Assembly: GCA_964432595.1 (NCBI GenBank)
Contig: CAYSOF010000011.1
Coordinates: forward strand, 47,757-111,756
DNA from: an uncultured Candidatus Binatia bacterium
GTDB taxonomy: Bacteria > Desulfobacterota > Binatia > DP-6
DNA: 64,000 nt
Direction: 5' to 3'
Shown here one piece after another: positions 25,470-34,790 of this stretch (positions are counted from its first letter, which is position 1; the number at the start of each line of letters is the position of its first letter). The position numbers and the translations under genes were made by a program. Below the pieces are notes generated by a model. It was not told the origin of the DNA. It ran no database searches and worked only from the letters and a program-made list of their open reading frames with translations.

Positions 25470-26651
25470 ATGGGCCGCCCCGTGACACGCCCGAACACGC
25501 CGGCCACCTTCGACATCGACGCCGTCGACCTCGACGCCTTCGCCCGCGACGTGCAGGCGCTCCGCAGCGAGCTGCGCGAGGCGCTCGGTCCCGACGACCT
25601 CCGCCATCTGCGCCGCATCGAGCGCTGGGGACGCATCGCCACCGCCGTCGGCCTGGCGACCGCATGGATCGCGCCGAACCCCGTCAGCGCGATCGGCCTC
25701 GGGCTCGGCCGCTCGAGCCGGTGGCTCCTGATGCACCACATCGGCCATCGCGGCTACGATCGCGTGCCCGGCGCACCGGCCCACCACACGTCGCGCGTGT
25801 TCGCGCGCGGCTGGCGCCGCCTGGTCCAGTGGGCCGATTGGATGGTGCCCGCCGCGTGGGTCTACGAGCACAACGTGCTGCACCACCAGCACACGGGCGA
25901 GCGCCGCGACCCGGACCTGATCGAGCAGAACGTCGCCGACATCCACGAGGCGCGCCTGCCGATGGCCGCACGCTGGGCGCTGCTCGGGCTGCTCGCCGCG
26001 ACGTGGCGCGCGTCGTACTACGCGCCCAAGACGCTGCGCGCGTGGTGGCACCGGCACGCCGCCGAGGACGCGCCGGCCGCCACGCCACGCGGCGTCTTCG
26101 TCCGCGCGTGCCTGGCGCCGTACGTGCTGCTGCAGCTCGTCGTCCTGCCGCTGCTGTTCGCGCCGCTCGGCGCATGGGCCGTCTTCTCGGCGTGGTGCAA
26201 CTCGCTGCTCGCCGACGTCGTCACCAACCTGCACACGTTCTTCGTCGTCGGTCCGAACCACAGCGGCGACGACGTGCTGCGCTTCGACGGCCCCGCCCGC
26301 TCGCGCGGCGAGTTCTACGTACGCCAGGTCGTCGGCTCGGTGAACTACCGGACGGGCGGCGACGTCGTCGACTTCGCGCACCTGTGGCTCAACTACCAGA
26401 TCGAGCACCACCTCTTCCCCGACCTGCCCATGCTCGCGTATCGCCGCGCGCAGCCGAAGGTCGCCGCGCTGTGCGCCCGCCACGGCGTCCCGTACCTGCA
26501 GGAGCCGGTCACGCGCCGCTTCGCGAAGATGGCGCGCATCTTCGTCGGCACCGCGCGCATGCCGTGGATGCGGGCGCCTGCCCCGCGACGCCGCGTCCGC
26601 CCCGTGCCGCTCGTCGCTGCGCGTACGGAGCCCGTCGCCGCCGAAGCCTGA
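25470..26651 (+). CDS. membrane fatty-acid desaturase
   Basis: Three His boxes (HHIGHRGY, HNVLHHQH, QIEHHLFP) and hydrophobic segments. 393 aa. Confidence 0.85.
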   Translation: MGRPVTRPNTPATFDIDAVDLDAFARDVQALRSELREALGPDDLRHLRRIERWGRIATAVGLATAWIAPNPVSAIGLGLGRSSRWLLMHHIGHRGYDRVPGAPAHHTSRVFARGWRRLVQWADWMVPAAWVYEHNVLHHQHTGERRDPDLIEQNVADIHEARLPMAARWALLGLLAATWRASYYAPKTLRAWWHRHAAEDAPAATPRGVFVRACLAPYVLLQLVVLPLLFAPLGAWAVFSAWCNSLLADVVTNLHTFFVVGPNHSGDDVLRFDGPARSRGEFYVRQVVGSVNYRTGGDVVDFAHLWLNYQIEHHLFPDLPMLAYRRAQPKVAALCARHGVPYLQEPVTRRFAKMARIFVGTARMPWMRAPAPRRRVRPVPLVAARTEPVAAEA

Positions 26652-26706
26652 GCGACGCGGCGCGGCGGCATTTTGGTCTTGCCGGGCGCCGGTCCCATGG
26701 GCTTGG

Positions 26707-28155
26707 ATGCGCGCCATGCGCATCCTCCTCCTGCTGGCGTCGCTCCTCCTCGTCCCGCGGCTCGCCGTATCGGCGGTCGCGGACCCGACCGTCGAAGGCC
26801 CCATCTCCGCCAGCACGGGCGGCGCCTTCATCGCCGGCACGACGTTCGACCTGGCCGACGTCGGCTACGTGCAGGAGGAGTTCTTCATCTCCGGCACCGC
26901 GACGGCGTTCACGTCGGCGAGCCCGCTCGCGTCGGACGGCGCGTGGTCGGTGACGCCGGCGAGCACGGCGGCGTACAAGACGCGCATCCTCGTGTATCGC
27001 CCGGCGCGCGCACGCTCGTTCGGCGGCACGGTCTTCGTCGAGTGGCTCAACGTCAGCGGCGGCCTCGACTCGGCGCCCGACTGGATCACCGCCCACATCG
27101 AGATGATCCGCGCCGGCATGGTGTGGGTCGGCGTCTCGGCGCAGTTCGTCGGCGTCGAGGGCGGCGGCGGCCTCGTCAGCCTGCCCCTCAAGAGCGTCAA
27201 CCCCCGGCGCTACGGCTCGCTCGTGCATCCGGGCGACAGCTACTCGTACGACATGTACTCGCAGGCCGGGCAGGCGCTGCGCGGGGCGTCGAGCGCGCGC
27301 ATCCTCGGCGGCCTCGTGCCCGAGGTCGTGATCGCCGCGGGCGAGTCGCAGTCGGCATCGCGCATGGTGACGTACGTGAACGGCATCCATCCGCTCGCCG
27401 GTGTCTTCGACGGCTTCCTGATCCACAGCCGCAGCGGCGGCGGCGCCCCCCTCGCGCAGAACCCCTTGCCGCCGATCAGCGTCGCGTCGCCGATGCGGAT
27501 CCGCACCGATCTCGACGTCCCCGTCTTCACCTTCCAGACGGAGACCGACGTCCCCAACTTCGTGGCGAGTCGCCAGCCGGACACGGACCGTCTCCGCCTC
27601 TGGGAAGTCGCGGGCACCGCACACGCCGACACCTACACGCTCGTCACCGGCATGACCGATCGCGGCGACGACCCGTCCGTCGCCGACGTCGTGATCATCT
27701 CCTCGCCGATCCCGGGCATCATCGACTGCGGCGCGCCGATCAACTCGGGGCCGCAGCATTTCGTGCTCGACGCCGCGCTCCACCATCTCGACCGCTGGAT
27801 ACGCCGCGGCACGCCGCCGCCGCACGGGCCGCTGCTCCAAACGCTGCCCGGCTCGACGACGTTCGCCACCGACGCGTTCGGGAACGTCCTCGGCGGCGTC
27901 CGGACGCCGTGGGTCGACGTGCCGGTGGCGACGCTGTCGGGCTTCGGCCAGCCGAGCGGCGGCAGCTTCTGCGGCCTCTTCGGCACGACCGTCGCCTTCG
28001 ACGACGCCACGCTCGACGCGCTCTACCCGTCGAACCGCATGTTCGTGCGCAAGTACCGCAAGGCGCTGACGCGGGCGGTGCGGTCCGGTTTCATGCGACG
28101 GCAGGACGCGACGCTGATCCGTCGGGGGCTCCGCGACGGCACCGTCGCCCCGTAG
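26707..28155 (+). CDS. secreted hypothetical protein (possible hydrolase)
   Basis: Signal peptide MRAMRILLLLASLLLVPRLAVSAVA. 482 aa, ordinary composition. Confidence 0.6.
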   Translation: MRAMRILLLLASLLLVPRLAVSAVADPTVEGPISASTGGAFIAGTTFDLADVGYVQEEFFISGTATAFTSASPLASDGAWSVTPASTAAYKTRILVYRPARARSFGGTVFVEWLNVSGGLDSAPDWITAHIEMIRAGMVWVGVSAQFVGVEGGGGLVSLPLKSVNPRRYGSLVHPGDSYSYDMYSQAGQALRGASSARILGGLVPEVVIAAGESQSASRMVTYVNGIHPLAGVFDGFLIHSRSGGGAPLAQNPLPPISVASPMRIRTDLDVPVFTFQTETDVPNFVASRQPDTDRLRLWEVAGTAHADTYTLVTGMTDRGDDPSVADVVIISSPIPGIIDCGAPINSGPQHFVLDAALHHLDRWIRRGTPPPHGPLLQTLPGSTTFATDAFGNVLGGVRTPWVDVPVATLSGFGQPSGGSFCGLFGTTVAFDDATLDALYPSNRMFVRKYRKALTRAVRSGFMRRQDATLIRRGLRDGTVAP

Positions 28156-28216
28156 GCTCGACGTCCCGGGGCGCGTCCCGGTAGCCCAGATTGGAGATTC
28201 CGCCCTCCCACCCATC

Positions 28217-28232
28217 TGGTAGGTTTTCCGCG
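28217..28232 (+). promoter_or_regulatory. candidate sigma-54 (-24/-12) promoter upstream of the 28258 cluster
   Basis: TGGtaggttttccGCg: GG and GC at canonical spacing, 26 nt before the ATG. Weak match (TGGTAG / CCGC vs TGGCAC / TTGC). Confidence 0.25.
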
Positions 28233-28257
28233 TGCGGGTCGAGGCAGCCGAGCGCCC

Positions 28258-30942
28258 ATGACGCGTTTTCTCGGCGTGCGTCCGGAGGACGGACGCACGG
28301 TCTGGACGGCGTTCGCGACGCTCATGACGATCGTCGCGGCGCATGCGGTCCTCGAGACCGCCCGCGACGCGCTCTTCCTGGCGGACCTGCCGGCGAGCCG
28401 CCTGCCCTGGGCGTATCTGGGCATCGCGACGCTCGCCTTCGTGACGGTGCGCCTCAGCGCACCGCTGGCGGCGCTCGGTCCGCCCCGCCGCATCCTCGCC
28501 ACCATGCTCGTGCTCGGTGCGGCCGGCACGGCGGCGTTCTGGCGGCTCCTCGGCACGCGCACCCCGACGGAGCTCATGGCGCTCTACGTCTGGACCGGGC
28601 TCCTCGCGTCGGTCGTCGTCACGCAGTTCTGGGTGCAGCTCGGCCATCGCATGGACGTCGGCCAGGCGCGCCGCGCCTACGCCGTCGTCGCCGCGGGCGG
28701 CATGCTCGGCGCGACCGTCGGCTCGCTCGTGGCGACCGCCGTGCTGGCGTTCCATGCGCCCCGGATGCTGCTGCCCGTCGCCGCGTCGATGTTCGCGCTC
28801 GCCGCCTGCCTGCCGCTCTTCGGCCGCGACGGGCCGGCGACGGCGGAGACGACCGCCACCGAGCCGGACGAGCCGCCCCCGACCGTGGCCGCGATCTGGG
28901 CCGACCCGTACCTGAAGCGCCTCCTCCCGCTCGCCGCCCTCGCGCCGATCGTCGCGATGGCGATCGACTTCGTCTTCAAGAGCGTCGTCACGTCCAGCGT
29001 GTCGCGCGACGCGCTCGGGCCGTTCTTCGCACGCTACAACGCGGTCGTGAACGGGCTGGCCCTCGCGTTCCAGCTGCTCGTCGCGCCCCGCCTCCTGCAG
29101 GGCATCGGCGTGGTCCGGAGCCTCTGCCTCTTCCCCGGCACGCTGGCCACCGTCGCCACCGGTGTCGCCCTGACGGGCGGCCTGCCCGCGGCGCTCCTCC
29201 TCCGCGGCACCGACGGCGTCCTCCGCCACTCCCTGCATCGCGCGGCCACCGAGATCCTCTTCGTTCCGCTCGCCGCGGCCACGCGCACCGCGCTGCGCGG
29301 TCTCGCGGAGTCGCTCGGCCAGCGCGGCGGGCAGGTCGTCGGCTCGCTCCTGATACTCGGCGCGATCGCGCTCGGCGCGACGCCGGAGACGCTCGCCGCG
29401 GCGGTGGCGGTGCTGTGCGGGCTGTGGCTGTACGGGTACGTCCGCCTCGAGCACCACTACGTCGACCGCTTCCGGACCCAGCTGCGAACGCTCGCCACCG
29501 CCGACGCGAGCGTCCCCCAGCTGGACGTGCGGTCGCTGGAGACGCTGGTCGTCACGCTGAGCGCGCCGAACGACGCCGAGGTGATCGCCGCGATGGACGT
29601 GCTCGCGAGCTTCGCGCGCACGCACCTCGTCCCGCCGCTCATCCTCTACCACCCGTCGCCCGCCGTCGTGGTGCGCGGGCTCGAGCTGTTCGAGGGCGTG
29701 ACGCGCGAGGACGTCCAGGCGATCCGCCGCCGCCTGCTCGAGCACGACGATCCGGCGGTCCGCGCCGCCGCGCTGCGCGCGCTCGCCGCCACCGGACTCG
29801 ACCAGGCCGCCGTGCGCCGCGTGCTGCGCGCCGATCGCTCGCCGCTCGTTCGATCGACCGCGCTCGTCCTCTGGACGGCGACGCGCGCCGACGGCGACAC
29901 CGATCTCGACGACGCCGTCGCGGACCTGCTCGCCGCGCCCGATCCGGCGTCGCGCCTCGCCGTGGCCGCGACGCTCGCCGAGCTGCCCGGCCGGCTCCTG
30001 CTGCCCGTGGCGCGCGCGTTGCTGCGCGACGGCACGCCGGCGATCCGCCGGCAGGTCGCCCGCGCGCTCGCGACCGATCCGGACCGCGCCCGCATCCCGG
30101 TGCTGACGGCGCTCGTCGCGTCGCCCGAGGCCCGCACCGCGGCGCGCGCGGGCCTCCTCGCCATCGGCACGCCCGCGCTCGAGCATCTCGCCACGGCCCT
30201 GGCGTCGGCCGACACGCCGCCGGCGCTGCGCCGCCACCTGCCGCGGTCGATCAGCCCCTTCGCGTCGCAGCGCGCCGCCGACGTCCTCGTCCACCAGCTC
30301 GACCGCGAGACCGACGGCCGCGTCCTCTACAAGATCTTGCGCGGGCTCGGCCGCATGCGCGCCGACGATCCCGCCCTGCAGGTCGACGGCACGATCCTGA
30401 TGCGTCATGCCCAGCGCACGCTCGAACGGACCATCGAGCTGCTCGCGTATCGCGTCGCCCACCTGCTGCTGCGCGGCACGCCCGCCACCGCCGTGGCGCC
30501 CGACGACCTGCTCGGCCGCCTGCTGGCCGAGAAGGAGCAACGCGCCCTCGAGCGCGCGTTCCGCGTCCTGCAGATCCTGCAGACGCAGGAGGACTTCGCC
30601 ACCATGTACGCCGCGCTGTCGTCCGACGCGCCGGCGACTCGCGCCGGCGCGCGCGAGCTGCTCGGCCACGTGCTCGACGGACCGCTGCGCGACGCGCTGC
30701 TGGCGCTCACCGACTCGCTGCCGCCCGCCGAGCGTCTCGTCGAGGCGCACCGCGCGCTCCCCGTCGCGGTCGCCGACCTGGCGCTCGCGGCGTGGCGCAC
30801 GCCCACGACCGCCGGGGCGGTCGCCGCCGCGCTCGACGGCATCGTCGCCGCGCTCCACGCGGACCGCAGCCAGACGCTCGCGGCCATCGCCCGCCACGAG
30901 CTGCACATCCCCATGACGGAGACGCCTCGTGCCGCCAGCTGA
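28258..30942 (+). CDS. TLC/MFS-like polytopic membrane domain fused to C-terminal HEAT-repeat domain
   Basis: N-terminal ~430 aa multi-TM region resembling the ATP/ADP-translocase (TLC) family. The C-terminal half carries repeated HEAT-like units (DPAVRAAALRALAATG, SPLVRSTALVLW, PASRLAVAATLAEL, TPAIRRQVARALATDP). Confidence 0.75.
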   Translation: MTRFLGVRPEDGRTVWTAFATLMTIVAAHAVLETARDALFLADLPASRLPWAYLGIATLAFVTVRLSAPLAALGPPRRILATMLVLGAAGTAAFWRLLGTRTPTELMALYVWTGLLASVVVTQFWVQLGHRMDVGQARRAYAVVAAGGMLGATVGSLVATAVLAFHAPRMLLPVAASMFALAACLPLFGRDGPATAETTATEPDEPPPTVAAIWADPYLKRLLPLAALAPIVAMAIDFVFKSVVTSSVSRDALGPFFARYNAVVNGLALAFQLLVAPRLLQGIGVVRSLCLFPGTLATVATGVALTGGLPAALLLRGTDGVLRHSLHRAATEILFVPLAAATRTALRGLAESLGQRGGQVVGSLLILGAIALGATPETLAAAVAVLCGLWLYGYVRLEHHYVDRFRTQLRTLATADASVPQLDVRSLETLVVTLSAPNDAEVIAAMDVLASFARTHLVPPLILYHPSPAVVVRGLELFEGVTREDVQAIRRRLLEHDDPAVRAAALRALAATGLDQAAVRRVLRADRSPLVRSTALVLWTATRADGDTDLDDAVADLLAAPDPASRLAVAATLAELPGRLLLPVARALLRDGTPAIRRQVARALATDPDRARIPVLTALVASPEARTAARAGLLAIGTPALEHLATALASADTPPALRRHLPRSISPFASQRAADVLVHQLDRETDGRVLYKILRGLGRMRADDPALQVDGTILMRHAQRTLERTIELLAYRVAHLLLRGTPATAVAPDDLLGRLLAEKEQRALERAFRVLQILQTQEDFATMYAALSSDAPATRAGARELLGHVLDGPLRDALLALTDSLPPAERLVEAHRALPVAVADLALAAWRTPTTAGAVAAALDGIVAALHADRSQTLAAIARHELHIPMTETPRAAS

Positions 30943-31855
30943 CGACGACGCGCCGATCGCACGGCTCCTCGTCATCAAGGCGCTGCCGCTGTTCGCGGAC
31001 GTCGGGGCCGACGAGCTCGCCGTCATCGCGGAGCACACGCACGCGCACAGCTTCGCCCGCGGCGAGACGGTCTTCGGCGGGCCCGACGTGCCCGTCGACA
31101 CGATCCACCTGATCCTCGACGGGCGCATCACCGAGCACCGGAACGGCCGGCCGTTCCGCACCTACGGGCCGCAACGCGTGCTCGGCGGCGTCGACGCGCT
31201 CGCACGCCGGGAGCGCACGGTGCACGCCGTCGCGGACGAGGACACGCGCACGATCGCCATCGATCGCACCGCGCTGCACGACATCCTCGAGGACAACTTC
31301 GGCATCCTCGCGGCCGCCCTGCAGGGCGTCGCCGGGGCCATCCTTCGCCTGCGCAACGTTCTGCCCTCCGCCGGCTTCGAGGGCGCGGCCGGGCACCACG
31401 GCGCGGCACCCGCGTTCGTCGACTCCCTCGCCGCGCGACTCACGCTGCTGCGCGACACGACGTGGCTCGGGCGCGCCGCCGTGCGCACGCTCGGCCAGCT
31501 GGCACGCGAGGCCCAGGTGGCCGCGATCACGGGCGACACGCGCCTCTGGTCCGCGGGCGACGTCGCCGAGCACGCGGTCGTGGTCCTGCGCGGCGCCGTC
31601 GCGTGCGCGCCGGCCGATCGCCGCGCCTTCCGGGTGGGGCCGGGCACGATCCTCGGGATGGAGGAATCCCTGGCGCTCGACCCGCGTTGGTGTGACGCCG
31701 CCGTCGCGGGCGACGCGACGCTCCTGACGCTCACGCGCACGGCGCTGCTCGACGCGCTCGAAGACGACACCGACAGCGCCGTCGCCGTGCTGGCGGGGAT
31801 GGCGAGCGTCGCGAGCGGGCTGCGCGACCTGGTGGCCGAGGAAGGTTCCGCATGA
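30929..31855 (+). CDS. tandem cyclic-nucleotide-binding-domain protein (no HTH)
   Basis: Two CNB-like modules (FARGETVFGGPDVPVDTIHLILDGRI and LWSAGDVAEHAVVVLRGAV...GPGTILGMEE). Overlaps the upstream gene by 14 nt and the downstream gene by 4 nt. Confidence 0.7.
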   Translation: MPPADDDAPIARLLVIKALPLFADVGADELAVIAEHTHAHSFARGETVFGGPDVPVDTIHLILDGRITEHRNGRPFRTYGPQRVLGGVDALARRERTVHAVADEDTRTIAIDRTALHDILEDNFGILAAALQGVAGAILRLRNVLPSAGFEGAAGHHGAAPAFVDSLAARLTLLRDTTWLGRAAVRTLGQLAREAQVAAITGDTRLWSAGDVAEHAVVVLRGAVACAPADRRAFRVGPGTILGMEESLALDPRWCDAAVAGDATLLTLTRTALLDALEDDTDSAVAVLAGMASVASGLRDLVAEEGSA

Positions 31856-32874
31856 CGTCCACGTTCGTCCGTGTCCTGGCGGCGCTGCTGCTGCCCGTCG
31901 CCGTCGGGTGTGCGCGCCCGCCGTCGCCCCCCGGGGCGCAGGCGCCGCGCTATCGCGACCGCTCCGCGTCCCCGCCCGGCAACAACTGGCCCATCTCCGC
32001 GCGCCGCGCCGAGCGGCTCTTCACGCGCGCGCCCATCGAGATGGCGTCCGTGACGCGCACCGAGACGGGCGTGGCCGGCGCGTTCAAGGCCGAGGTCGAG
32101 TTCCCGCCCGACCCGCGCCGCGTCACGATCAAGTGGAAGCCGGCGTCCGGCGACGACATGGACAACTGGAACAACAACCCGCGCAAAGAGGTGGCGGCGT
32201 ACGTGATCCAGCAGTGGTTCCTCGAGCCGCGCGACTACGTCGTGCCGACCACGGCCGTCCGCTGCGCCCCGCTCGACGCGTACCGCCGCCTCGAGCCCGA
32301 GGCCACGCCCACGATCGAGGGCACGCGCTGCGTCCTCGGCATGGTGTCGCTCTGGCTCGACCACGTGACGGTCCCCGAGCCGCTCTACGATCCCGACCGC
32401 TTCGCGCGCGACTACCGCTACGCGTACCACCTGGCCGACTTCAACGTGCTCGCCTACCTGATCCGCCACCGCGACGGCCGCGCGGGCAACATCCTCGTCG
32501 CCGACGACGACGCGAACCGCCGCGTCTTCGCCATCGACAATGGGATCAGCTTCGACGGGCTGGTCTACAACTTCCTCGTCTCGAACTGGGACGAGATCCG
32601 CGTGCCCGCGATCCGCCGCGAGGTGGTCGAGGAGCTGCGGGACGTCGACCGCGAGGACCTCGAGGAGCTCGGCACGCTCATCGAGATGCGCGCCGACAAG
32701 CACGGCGTGCTCCGCAACGTGCGCCCCACCGCGCCCATCGATCCGACGCAGGGGGTCCGCATCGCGCCGGGGCGGGTGCAGATGGGGCTCACCACCGCGG
32801 AGATCGACGGCCTCGCCACGCGCATCCGCGACCTGCTCCACCGCGTCGACCAGGGAACGCTCGCGGTCTTCTGA
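31852..32874 (+). CDS. lipoprotein with protein-kinase-like domain (atypical kinase)
   Basis: Lipobox LLLPVAVGCARPP. Gly-loop-like ETGVAGAF. Beta3-Lys-like RRVTIKWKP. Catalytic-loop-like HRDGRAGNILV (HRDxxxxN spacing). DNG (DFG-like) 17 residues later. Confidence 0.65.
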   Translation: MTSTFVRVLAALLLPVAVGCARPPSPPGAQAPRYRDRSASPPGNNWPISARRAERLFTRAPIEMASVTRTETGVAGAFKAEVEFPPDPRRVTIKWKPASGDDMDNWNNNPRKEVAAYVIQQWFLEPRDYVVPTTAVRCAPLDAYRRLEPEATPTIEGTRCVLGMVSLWLDHVTVPEPLYDPDRFARDYRYAYHLADFNVLAYLIRHRDGRAGNILVADDDANRRVFAIDNGISFDGLVYNFLVSNWDEIRVPAIRREVVEELRDVDREDLEELGTLIEMRADKHGVLRNVRPTAPIDPTQGVRIAPGRVQMGLTTAEIDGLATRIRDLLHRVDQGTLAVF

Positions 32875-34184
32875 TGCGAGAGCAGAAGCTCCTCGGAGCG
32901 GTCGGCGCCGTACGGCGCGAGGAGTGGCCGTTCGCGCTCTGCATGTTCACCTACGTCTTCCTCGTCATCGCCACGTTCTGGATCCTGAAGCCGCTCAAGA
33001 AGAGCCTCTTCCTCCAGCACTACGACGCGGCCGGGCTCACGCTGCTCGGCCATCGCTTCGCCGCCGCCGAGGCCGAGCTGTTCGCGAAGGTCCTCAACAT
33101 GGTCGTGGCCGCGGCGGCCGTCGCGGCGTTCACGTGGCTCGCGGGACGCCTCCGCCGCGAGCGGCTCACCGCGGCGTTGATGGCGTTCTTCGTGGCGGCC
33201 GACGTGGCGTTCGGCCTCGTGCTGGCCAGGCCCGGCGCCGCCACCGTCTGGACCTTCTACCTCTACGGCGACCTCTTCAGCACGCTGATGGTCGCGACGT
33301 TCTTCGCCTTCCTGAACGACAGCGTCACGCCGGAGGCGGCGAAGCGGCTCTACGGCTTCGTCGGGCTGGGCGCCGTCGTCGGCGGCGTCGTCGGCAGCAG
33401 CGTCCTCGGCGCGCTCGTGACCGCCCTCGGCGCGCCGACCTGGGCGTTCGTCTGCGCGGCCGTCGGGCTCGTGATCGTCGCCGTCGCCTGGCGGGCGGGC
33501 GCCCTGGTCCGCGACCACGCGTCGACGCCGCCGGCCGAGCCCGAGCCGCGCGGCGAGCGCAGCGCCGCGCTCGAGGGTGCCGCCCTGGTGTTCGCGTCCC
33601 GCTATCTGCTCGCCATCACCGCGATGGTCGCGGTCTACGAGGTCGTCTCGACGGTGATGGACTTCCAGTTCACCAGCACCGTCTCGCACTATCTCGACGG
33701 CGACGCGATCGGACGGCACCTGTCGCGCGTCTTCGCGGTGACGAACGTCGCGTCGATGCTGGTGCAGCTGTTCCTCACCAGCACGATCATGCAGCGCTGG
33801 GGCGTCGGCGCCGCGCTCCTCGTCCTGCCCTGCACGACCGGTCTCGGCGCCGCGGCGTTCCTCGCCTGGCCGAGCCTGTGGGTCGGGAGCGCCCTCAACA
33901 CGGCCGACAACGCGTTCAGCTACTCGGTCAACCAGTCGGCGAAGGAGGCGCTCTACGTGCCCACCACGCCGGACGAGAAGTACAAAGCCAAGGCGTTCAT
34001 CGACATGTTCGTGCAGCGCTTCGCGAAGACGCTGGGCGTCGGGCTGAGCCTCGCCATGGGCGCCTGGTTCGGCGACTTCGCGAGCGTCCGCTGGCTGTCG
34101 CTGGTCACGCTGGCGCTCGCCGGCGTGTGGGTGCTCGCCGCCCGGTACGCGGGACGCCGATTCGCCGAGGAGGAGGCGGCGTAG
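32874..34184 (+). CDS. TLC-family (ATP/ADP translocase-like) nucleotide transporter
   Basis: 433 aa, ~12 TM segments. N-terminal KPLKKSLFLQHYDAAG typical of the TLC family. TGATG overlap with the upstream gene. Confidence 0.75.
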   Translation: MREQKLLGAVGAVRREEWPFALCMFTYVFLVIATFWILKPLKKSLFLQHYDAAGLTLLGHRFAAAEAELFAKVLNMVVAAAAVAAFTWLAGRLRRERLTAALMAFFVAADVAFGLVLARPGAATVWTFYLYGDLFSTLMVATFFAFLNDSVTPEAAKRLYGFVGLGAVVGGVVGSSVLGALVTALGAPTWAFVCAAVGLVIVAVAWRAGALVRDHASTPPAEPEPRGERSAALEGAALVFASRYLLAITAMVAVYEVVSTVMDFQFTSTVSHYLDGDAIGRHLSRVFAVTNVASMLVQLFLTSTIMQRWGVGAALLVLPCTTGLGAAAFLAWPSLWVGSALNTADNAFSYSVNQSAKEALYVPTTPDEKYKAKAFIDMFVQRFAKTLGVGLSLAMGAWFGDFASVRWLSLVTLALAGVWVLAARYAGRRFAEEEAA

Positions 34185-34187
34185 CCC

Positions 34188-34790
34188 TCACCCGAGATGC
34201 TCGACGACGTCGAAGCGCAGCACGCGCGCGGCCGGGTCGAGCTCGAGCTCCGTGATGCTGGTGTTGCGCGTGTGGTAGCCGGTCCACTTGCGGGGGTCGT
34301 CGTGCAGGAGGCGGGCGATGCCGATCGCGATGGCCGCACCGTGGCTCACCGCGACCACCTCGCGGCCCGGGTGCGCCGCCGCGATGTCGCGCCACGCCGT
34401 CACGACGCGGTCGGCGACGCCGCCGAGCGACTCGCCGCCCGACGGGGCCCACGCGAGATCCTCGGCCTGCACGAAGAAGCGATGCCGGTCGAGCAGGTCG
34501 CTGAACTTTTCGTTCTCGTAAACGCCGATGCCGTACTCCGCGAGGCCCGGCGATTTCATGAGCGGCAGGTCGAGCGCCTCGGCGATGGCGGCCGCCGTCG
34601 CCGCCGCGCGCTGGAGCGGGCTCGTGTAGACGGCCGCCAGGTCCGGGCGCGTCCGCGCGAGGTACGCGGCCACCTGCTGCGCCTGCCAGCGGCCCTGGTC
34701 CGTGAGCGCGTGGTCGGTCGAGCCGTGCCAGCGCTGCTCGAGATTGGCGGGAATCTGGCCGTGACGGACGAGAAGCAACCGGGCGGACAT
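34188..34790 (-). CDS. histidine phosphatase (phosphoglycerate-mutase) family protein
   Basis: LLLVRHGQ (RHG catalytic motif) and a downstream SHGAAI histidine. Confidence 0.8.
   Translation of the reverse strand: MSARLLLVRHGQIPANLEQRWHGSTDHALTDQGRWQAQQVAAYLARTRPDLAAVYTSPLQRAAATAAAIAEALDLPLMKSPGLAEYGIGVYENEKFSDLLDRHRFFVQAEDLAWAPSGGESLGGVADRVVTAWRDIAAAHPGREVVAVSHGAAIAIGIARLLHDDPRKWTGYHTRNTSITELELDPAARVLRFDVVEHLG

Noticed and set aside
26509-31161. 1550-aa minus ORF and 973-aa plus ORF (28191-31112)
   Set aside because: They span several real genes. Compositionally biased (R/A/G/P). The supported frames encode a desaturase, a hydrolase and the TLC/HEAT protein.
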